DNA of 64,000 nt from Antedon mediterranea. Its lineage: Eukaryota > Animalia > Echinodermata. The stretch spans positions 10,292,001-10,356,000 of the forward strand of contig NC_092674.1 of the NCBI RefSeq assembly GCF_964355755.1, written 5' to 3'. The notes beneath the pieces were generated by a model. It saw only the letters and a list, made by a program, of their open reading frames with translations. It had not been told where the DNA came from and did no database searches. Positions 54,868-64,000 of the stretch are shown here, one piece after another (position 1 is the first letter of the stretch; the number at the start of each line of letters is the position of its first letter). Position numbers and translations under genes: made by a program.

Positions 54868-54917
54868 CTAAACTCATCCAAGTCCAGGAAAGGTAAATCC
54901 CAACCAAATTCCAACAT
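54868..54917 (-). CDS. lilli: AFF/lilli candidate first coding exon (MLEFGWDLPFLDLDEF + AG, phase 2)
   Basis: ATG at 54917 and a strong donor AG|GTAAGT. The phase-2 end joins the T-GCA-ATG start of exon 27365 in frame (AG|T = Ser). The WDL motif recalls the AFF2/AFF3 N-termini. Confidence 0.7.
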
Positions 54918-55379
54918 GATTGAACAATTAAATAAACAATTAAATTTAATCTACAATTGTATTACTGTACAAATCCATCGAAGAGTATTGTGATATCAAT
55001 ATCACATGGTAACAGTAAACAAATCGGGAGCAATCAATCTTTATCTCCTACCATATACAACCTGTTCACACACACAGCATTCAAACAAATAGTATATCCT
55101 TTATGTCTGTGTAACAAATGCTGTGCAAATGCATACAATCTAATGCATCACTAACATGTTTTTTTTCTTAATATATATGATCCATTATTTTATATCAACT
55201 AGACAAGTCTCATCAATCCGAATAAGGTGTTAAAAGTTACAAATCGCTTTAAAAATTCCACATAGTATTTCCAAAAAAATGTCAACAATAGAATACACTA
55301 AAAAAATCCAAGAAAACTATTATGGATATGGTTAATACAAACGGATGCTCAGGTCGTTCTAAGCATAATATGCTTTTCA

Positions 55380-55520
55380 TTTGGCGGTTCAGCGAACACT
55401 AGCATAAACACAAAGCTAGTAAGCCTATTGCACACGTTCTCCTGCTGGTGACGTCATGAAATCAGGAAAACCCTCAAGGCAATCCATAAAGCACAAGTCA
55501 CCGGGTCAGTGTGGAAGCAA
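55380..55520 (-). promoter_or_regulatory. Candidate promoter region of the AFF gene with a full CRE palindrome TGACGTCA (55449-55456)
   Basis: Locally GC/CpG-richer sequence about 530 bp upstream of the ATG at 54917, with a perfect CRE/ATF site. Confidence 0.4.
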
Positions 55521-56569
55521 TTGAAGTGAAAACTGGTTAGGTAACTTGATAAGAGATATTTAATGTGACAGACACAATGTAAAAGATTTAAAATGTGTCA
55601 AACGTTTCAATTTTTACTCTTAGTGCTAACTCAAATTTCATTTAGTGTTTAATAATTATGGCAACTCAGTCTCCTTTGATAAAATGTTTGATTTTAACAA
55701 AATAATTTGATTTTTCAAAATGTCACAATATTATAGACATCTGTCATTTATGTATGAAAGTATTACAAAGGTTAGGAAATACACTTTAAGATTTTGATCC
55801 ATTTGCCATGTTCTATAGGCTATAAATCACACATTAGTTTTAGCTTTATAAACGACAAGACAATTTTTAATATTTATTAAAAATTGTCTTTTTTTTTGTT
55901 TTGTAAGACAATTGACTACTGGGATTTGAAATTCAAAAGATTGAGGTTTTCAATAAGAATAAGATCAAGGTGTTCAATATATATTAGAGCATCTACATGT
56001 TTGTAGTTCGTAGAGGAAAATCTACAGCAGAAAAAATGCAGTCCCAACCGTAAAAAAATACAATAATAAATAAAAATAAAACAATTTGAAATGGCATCTA
56101 TAATATTGGTTTAGTTTAAATTACAAAAATGTTTCCAAATTTGGGATAAAGTTACAATCTGATTCGGTAGAATATTTACATGAGTAATATTCTAGATTTA
56201 ATTTTAAGCATATTTTTTAACAGCTGTTCATATTTAAAAAAAAAAACATTTTTTAACTTAAAAATTCTAAGAAAATCATTAACTTTTCAGACACCCTAGA
56301 GAAAATAATTACAGTTAAACTTTGCAAAGCTATGTAAATTTCTAGGAAACAAACTCCTGAATTCAAAGAATAAAGTGTAATTAATCAAGTGTCAAAAGAT
56401 TGATGTCAATTGGAGTGACAAATATATGCGACAGTGTATTTAGCTGTCCTAAGACCAGTTTATAAACAATTACAGTGCTATATCTTTCTATCCTATCAAG
56501 TATGTTAATCGATAATATAAAACAAGTACTAAACTGTTAGTTTGCATCTACTTGTTTTTTTCTATCTAT

Positions 56570-57457
56570 GGGTCTGTTTCTGCTGAAAAAATCAAAATAA
56601 TCGATTTTTTCCAGTCACCGCAAACCACAAAAATAATCGCGTTGCAATTGAAAATTGCTACGACTTTAATCGGTTATTCAGGTAATCGGTTTTTAAAATC
56701 ACGTCATCATTCCCCCACAGCGCAGTTCAAGTTATGAAAGGCCGATGAGAGTTGGTTTGTTTACATCCTATCGCTGCCTAAAACTCTCACATGTAGGATT
56801 AAAAATTACTCTTACGTAAAGCTTTATTATTTCTAAAATAAACATCTAGGCCTACTACCGATGATGTTATATTAATAAGGACACGTCGGCGAAAAAGGTT
56901 CGTTTCGCCGTTCGTTGGTTCTACCTTCGGCCTGCTAGGCCTAGAGGCTATTATATTTCTACCGAAACAAGTCAACAGACAACAGGCCTACTAACAAATG
57001 ACATGTAAAACATCGTTAGCCTGAACTGGTGGTATGTAACGGGTGTACTTGTAACACAGAATCCCGGAGTCTCTCGGTATAATTCTCCCCCACAAAATAA
57101 TAAAAATCAAATGTTTAACATTTGATTTTTATTCGGTCTACATCGCGATCGTGGTTTTGCAGATCGTCGTCGATATCGCGCAAATAAACAGCATGCTTTG
57201 TGACGTGAATAAGTTTGTCATACTCTAGAGGTCAAAGTGAGGTCAATAATCGCTATTTGTGTTGCAGCTCAAAACTGCTCCGCAATAATCGGTTAAAACA
57301 AGAAATAATCGATTAAAACACGCAATGGATTGAGTGTTTTTAATCGGTTATTTTTAATCGGTTATTTTATTTTGCGCCGTTTCTGCTGCCCAAAAATAAT
57401 CGATTAAAAAAATAAACGGTTAATAATCGATTATTTCTGCTCAGCAGAAACAGGCCC
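56570..57457. mobile_element. PIF/Harbinger-like non-autonomous element, 888 bp
   Basis: TIR GGG(T/C)CTGTTTCTGCTGA (17 bp, 1 mismatch); 3-bp flank TAT on both sides; many subterminal AATAATCG(A/G)TT repeats. Confidence 0.85.
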
Positions 57458-57688
57458 TATGATCGCCGGCATTCACAATAAATATTTTAAAATAAATTAA
57501 ATACTGTACATCATTTGTGATTATTTAATAAATACATCATCATTGTTTATTTGATTTATAGTTTATTAGTTATGATTTTATCCATCTATACCTGTATATT
57601 AACAATGTTGTTTTTTATTTTATTTTTAAAATATAAATTACTAGAATGCTTTTTTAAACAGACCATACTGTTTATATTTTATTATTAT

Positions 57689-57922
57689 ATATTCATGTCA
57701 CAGTACTATAGCTACTATTACTGTACATAATATATGTTATTCATGTCACAGTACTAGCTACTATTACTGTACATAATATATGTTATTCATGTCACAGTAC
57801 TAGCTACTATTACTGTACATAATATATGTTATTCATGTCACAGTACTAGCTACTATTACTGTACATAATATATGTTATTCATGTCACAGTACTAGCTACT
57901 ATTACTGTACATAATATATGTT
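57689..57922. repeat. 46-bp tandem repeat, 5 copies
   Basis: tattcatgtcacagtactagctactattactgtacataatatatgt repeated. Confidence 0.97.
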
Positions 57923-59714
57923 TAAAACATTATGAAAAGAAATGTCTATAATTATGTACAATTATGCCTTTAATATTTCAAAGTTTTAAAATGGATTCAA
58001 TAAAAATATAAAATAATTTATTTTAAATTATGATTAGATTTTCAATTTAAGATTACAAAAATAATTATTATTTTGATGTATGCTGTTGAACTTCAATCAT
58101 TAGTACTTTGGTAATTTCATATTTTTATAAAAATTTAAACGTATTAATTGTAACATCCAATATTGAGGAGGAAGGGGTCAACAAGTTAAGGATACGGGTA
58201 TCATTATTATATCTAAAAGTTAGCAAGTGAGTACTTGGTTACAATTTGAATTTTTTTTATAGAACAACTAAAATGAATTTAAAAAAAAAAACCTTCAGGG
58301 ATATTTTAATATTTATTATAAATAAAATCATCAGCAGGAAAGTTTTTAGTGAAAATTAAAGAGGCTGTATCAACAGAGTCTACTGTATATTTTATATAAA
58401 ATAGTGTTACAGTAGATCATAGAGGGCAGTATTTAAACATTTCTGGCAATAAATAATGATTTGTTTTTACTTGTTAACTTTTATCATTATAGATGCGTCT
58501 TCCTACTTAAAAAGCTACGTAGGCCTATAATCAGAGAGGTACAGTATGGGTGTAAAATAACCTTAAATATTAGGAAAACAAAACTTTATGGAAACCTTTG
58601 TTTTGAATATACAGTAAAAAACATCAATAATACAGTAACATTTATAAAAAAAATCAATTACCTCATTTTCTTGAGCTTTTTGTATTTTTTCACCCTACAA
58701 ATAATGCAGAAAAAAAGAAATTAATTATATAAGTACAGTCTCAAATAATTACAGATTGGTGTCATCAATCATTCTAAATTAGTAACAATTAGAAATATCT
58801 ATTCCAGGGGTTTTCCCTGATCGTACTAGCGTCAAAACATGGCGTGGTGGCCTTCAGTTTTTATGACGCACCAAGCAACACTGTGTCAAGTTGGAAAATC
58901 ATCATTGTGCATGCTCAGTAACATGCACATGTGCTATATAATGACAGTTTAACTACTGAACTTTTATTTACTACAACAATTTTTTAACAAGACAACTAAA
59001 ATTAATTATAGCAATTATTATACTTATATTTTTTTAGTGATCAGAGTAGGAGTTTGCAAAATAGAAACTGTTTCAACAAGTGAACATGAATTTTGTGTTT
59101 TTTGTTGATTTCTACTAATGCTTTTTTCTAAGAATATTGTCTAAAACAAACAAATGGTTTTATCGACCCTACATCTCCATGGTTAAGGTACAGTACTTAT
59201 AAACATTAACATCATTAAATACCATTAGGACAGTACAATAATGGGAACATTAGTAAGTCAAACATTGCACGCATAATGGCAACATATACAATACATTACC
59301 TGATGATAAACCCTATTCATTAGCAGTTCAATTTGCGTACCAACTACTGATAAAAAGTCATATTACATTGACACAAAGGCCTCGACACTGATTGCTTAAT
59401 TGGAAAATGGAGCTAGGGGCAATTACACATGCTAGATTACTGTACAAACAATCAGAAAATAGCACAGTTTATAGCCTGTAAACATGACAAAGCTGTTACT
59501 AAAGGGACATGAATATGAAAATGTTTTGCCATAATTATCATCATCATTTTATGTCAACAGGTTTTAACGAATTCTTTTTTTTTAAATGAAGGAACAATAT
59601 CTAAAGAATTATTAAATTTAATCAAGATGTATTGTCTCACAACATAAAATATTTATATCACAGTAGAACCTCTATTATCGGGACACGTTGATTGATTGAA
59701 ATATATATTTATAC

Positions 59715-60001
59715 TGGGTAACCTCTTCAGTCAAAGAGTGGTCTCCCAGAGGGCCCAGTTGGTGATCAGTGGCTGTGATGTACTAGTACACCAGGGTAAT
59801 ACCTACTCGTCTCGAAAGATGTACTAGGTTCTTTAAAGTGCACACGAGCTAGATGTGTACACTGGACCTACGGTTTATAGTCCTTATCCGAGAAGACTCA
59901 TTCTACCACTAGAACCATGGAGTGAGTGAGCCTCGAACCCCTGCCGATGTTATGGCTACGTAATTACGGTTCCACTGTCTTAACCGCTCGGCCACTCACT
60001 C
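59715..60001 (-). mobile_element. Near full-length tRNA-derived SINE with a Deu/Nin-like central domain, inserted into a MITE (59661-60065)
   Basis: Minus strand: A box TGGCCGAGCGG, B box GGTTCGAGGC, core CGGATAAGGACTATAAACCGTAGGTCC...TTAAAGAACC...CGAGTAGG, AT-rich tail. It is flanked by the MITE halves cagtagaacctctattatcgggacac and cttaatagggatgtccctt. Confidence 0.85.
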
Positions 60002-61117
60002 AATTCTCGTTCATGCTTATAACAATGCGTCTTCTTAATAGGGATGTCCCTTAAACAGAGTTTGGTGGTAAAAATGGTGGTGTAAAAATACAAACATATT
60101 GTCCTTTGTTTGTTTCACAGGAGGGATTAAACTGTATTTAAAAAAAGATAAAAACAGTATGATTTTTCTGACTTTTTTAAAAACTACGAAAGAATATGCA
60201 AACGACTGTTGACGAGAACCGATACAATCCCATCAATTCTACTAGTAGATCATGCATTGAATGAAGGCCATTATAAATTGCTACTAACTAAATCAATTGA
60301 TTGAAAGTTAGATAAATAATTATATTTTAACCTGAAGACATAAAAATAATTGCATTGTATGTAAAAATTGCCAAAAATTGGGACGAATGCCAATTCAACT
60401 TAACTAAAAAAAAAATCTTACAAAATTGCCAAAAATTTTTAGTTAGGTACGAAGGTGTGAAACCGTTTTCCATGTTACAATGATGTGTAACATAGTGGTA
60501 TACATAATTCTGCGCATATGCGCGTATCTTTCTATTAATGAGTTTTTTAAAGCATTTTAACATCACACCAAAACAAACTAGAATGTGAAAGCAGTGACAA
60601 TTATATTGTAGTGTAATTGTGAATCAAGTATTAGCTGAATTTGACTGTAGTATCATAATTATTTATTTTTAATCTATCAAATATTGATAATAATTAATCA
60701 ATAAAGTATCTATAATCATTTTCTTGCCTAATCCTTTCATAAATCAATTTGAATACGTCTAGAACTATACTGGTTTTTTTAATGATTCCACGTTGATAAT
60801 CTCAAGACAAAAGTCGTCTGGCCACAGGCTGCCGTTGTTGCTTTTAACCAGGATATGATCATACTAATTAGATCCTACGCTGTAGAAAATGACCAAGACT
60901 TAAACAAGGTCAAGAAATACTTGGCAAATATATATATAATACCTTTCATGGAATTTAAACATAGACGTGCGAATCAACCATGTAAAACCATCTTTAAAGA
61001 TTTACTGTATTTGTATATTTTAAATCTTAATTTTTGTTTTATTCTATAGCATAATGAGTATTGCCACAGAGGCATGTATACAGTACAACATTATTTTTAA
61101 ATTAACTTAATTTTTTT

Positions 61118-62267
61118 TTTACTTCTGTGTGTCCATGTGTGTGTACAATCAGAATTTGATTATACTACAAAATAAAACCCCCTTTTTTCTAATAAAACCC
61201 CCCTTTTTTCTTTGTTATATTTTTCAAACTATAGAATTAAAGGTTGGATTATAATTGGATTGTTTTATAAAATTTATACTAAAGTCTTTTCTGTCCAAAT
61301 TTAGGAAGTAGGATTATATTCGAAAATGGAATTGGAATAGTATTACTATTATTTTTGTGAGAAAGAAAAGTCTACACCGTATGTAAACAATTTCAAACCA
61401 ATAAAACCTAAAAATATAAAGTATACTAAAATTTAGATTTCATTTCATCGTTCATTATAGGTACTTAACAATTTAATTCCATTGTGATATCGTTAATTTT
61501 TATATTGTACCATATGACTACACATATGTGACTACACAGCTATTGAGTCTAAAAGTCAATATCTGTATGCTCATAATTATGTTCCTCAGCATGACTTCAG
61601 ATTCAGATTTAAATTAATTTAATGCCAATTTAAAATGAAAATATTATGATTATATTTTCAATATTAAGTTCTAAAATGTTTATAAATAAAATTATTACTG
61701 CTATATAAAAAATATTTTTAAAACCATCAATATTATTATTACCAACATATAAGAACATAATATACTTATAATACTATAAACATTACTTTATACTGGTTCC
61801 AATAATTCGTTAAAATATGCAAAAAAAATATATTCTTAACACTTCAAAAACATATGGTCAACACCACCAATCAACAAAAACCTATTTTTTTCCTTAATAT
61901 CTACTTTGTGTATAATAAACACATGACATTTATTTACATGCCCACGTAACGGTTTCAGGTTTAAATAACAGCACTTTAGTTGCCAATCAATCCTTCATTT
62001 TATTTTAGCCAAGTAATTAAACTCATGTTCAAATGTCAACAAATCACGCAGACGATCACCTACGCGCCTGCTCACTGTGAAACGCACTAAACACTCTAAT
62101 GGAGAACATTAGACTAAATATTACTATATATGAATGTCAGTAACCGCAAGTGCAGTGGGTTTTACTTCTGTCTGTCTGTCCATATGTGTGTACAATCAGA
62201 ATTTGATTATACTACAGAATAAAACCCCCTATTTTTGCTTTGGTATACTTTTCAAACTATAGAATAA
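61118..62267. repeat. Dispersed direct repeat of about 110 bp (61118-61238 and 62162-62267)
   Basis: tgtgtgtacaatcagaatttgattatactaca.aataaaaccccct...tttcaaactatagaat occurs twice. Confidence 0.85.
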
Positions 62268-62637
62268 CGCCATAAAAATATGTATTATAGGGCTCCTAGT
62301 TTAATATGTTAGAAATTGTTCCTCTTTTGTGGGAAAAAAGGAATTTTTCCCCTACCAACTCCCTATTTAAAATGATAAAGGATGGAATAAATAATGAAGG
62401 AGGAATGAATAAAAAGGATTTGTTTTGGACACACCTTGAAATGTTCAGGCCCAAATCAAACATGCTTTTCCACCACCAGTAATGAACTATCTTAAGCACA
62501 ACATACACATGTGTTCTTTTAAAATTTTATTCTCAATTTTGCAAAACAAAAAACTTTACCAAGTATACCTACAGTACATATTTCCAATGAATGCGGACAG
62601 TGTAATGATATTCCTTATATAAAACAAGCTAACCTGT

Positions 62638-63511
62638 CAGTCGCGGATCTACAGTAGGGGGGTGAATAGGGTGGCCAGCCAACCCCCCTTAATTCTAAAA
62701 AAAAAAAAAAAAAAGATGCAACCTACCCGCGATTGACCGTCGCTAGTTGTGGATTAATCTTTTAATTAAGAAGAGTTAGCCTAGGCCTAGCTAGGACCTA
62801 CTAGAGCTGCTAGGGTTAGCATTAATAGTTGTGTAAATAGGCCTACACAGTGAAAGAGCTAAGAGTTCAATTACTATTATGAATTCAAGAGTTTAAAAAG
62901 AAAACGCGATTTAAAATCTTCAGAAAATACCCACAACTGAGTTATTTTCAAAACGCACGCACTCCTAAACTACCAGCGTCACGTTGTCTAGCTCGCTCAT
63001 CGTGTGAATACTGACATGGTGTTCTTTTATTATTTTATAGGCATAAAATAAACATAAAATGTTTTGTATGTACACAGGACGGCCGAAAAAAAGTATGTGG
63101 TGTATTTGTTGTTTTTTGATTTGTGTTATAGACACGGCGATTACTGCAATCATTGTATACCAAATTACATTGAGTTATTCACCCGGTTGTAGGGTATATA
63201 TCTCTGAGGTTAACAGATCACCAAAACACGGTACACAACACATGCACTATCGAGGCATTTTCGGAGTACCGCATTTACCAAATGTTAATTTTGTTTGAAG
63301 GTTTTTCGATCAAAGTTTATTATTAGTTCGTTGAAAAAGATCCGTACAGTATTTAGGAAGAATTTCTTTAAATTTACATTATGTAACATTTGTTATTAAG
63401 TGTGATGGAAACAGTTTCTCTAGCCTATTAAACAGTGTATATTTTTTCAAAAATTTTCGGAGCCTCGGGAGGGGGGGCCTCCCCCCTCATCAGATCCTAG
63501 ATCCGCCACTG
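62638..63511. mobile_element. hAT-like non-autonomous element, 874 bp
   Basis: TIR CAGT(C/G)GCGGATCTA with G/C-run subterminal hairpins at both ends. Flanks cctgt/cttgt may be a 5-bp TSD with one mismatch. Confidence 0.75.
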
Positions 63512-64000
63512 CTTGTAGTGTAAACTAATGTATTACTACAACAGACTGATTAGTTACTGTATATGGCATTACGCTTACGGTAATGTAACAGTCTGATAGT
63601 TATATGGCTAGCTTGATGTAACTGGTGGTGTCTGCTATTGTCAAGCTAGGATTAAGTGCTAGAAGTATAAAAGATTAAAACAATACACTCAGCTGTACAG
63701 TAGTTAAGCCATACAGTATATATTTTTACGCAAGATTAAAAACACTCTTTGAAACAACAAAATTATGGGTTATTTAATAGCAAAAAAATTATGGAAAACA
63801 GAACTATTACTATAGTGCTGCAATGTAGCTAGGATAATCTTATTTATCCATAGTGGACGTGATATAAAAAGCTAAATGAGTGGGTGGTATTGAAAAAAAA
63901 CTATATTTAAGTAACCAGGTGTTTCTTGGGTGGGTGCTGTCTAGCAATTAGGCCATTTGGGTGGAAGCTTTAAAACAGGCTTTTAAAAACTTTGAAGGTG

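Overview
AT-rich eukaryotic (animal, probably invertebrate) genomic DNA. The window holds the 5' part of one large minus-strand spliced gene, an AF4/FMR2-family (AFF1-4 / lilliputian) super-elongation-complex scaffold. I rebuilt seven phase-compatible coding exons by hand: 54868-54917, 27257-27365, 26179-26955, 21303-21344, 14707-14787, 7452-7500 and 4539-4587. Together they give 1157 nt, about 385 aa, and the gene continues off the left edge. Only one of these exons appears in the ORF track. The introns are filled with non-autonomous DNA transposons (Tigger/pogo-like MITEs, Kolobok-like, Harbinger-like, hAT-like), tRNA-derived SINEs, an RTE-LINE relic, an orphan C2H2 zinc-finger fragment, a 1064-bp tandem duplication and many tandem repeats. 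The long repetitive ORFs at 7.6-8.4 kb and 36.8-38.7 kb come from tandem repeats whose unit length is a multiple of 3. There is no CRISPR array or prokaryotic system. The most unusual items are: three separate tandem arrays built from one MITE family; a tRNA-like Pol III cassette between exact 34-bp direct repeats; apparent loss of the SIAH degron in this AFF protein; and a hAT-like element with a 6-bp target-site duplication. Family assignments come from recalled motifs, not database searches.
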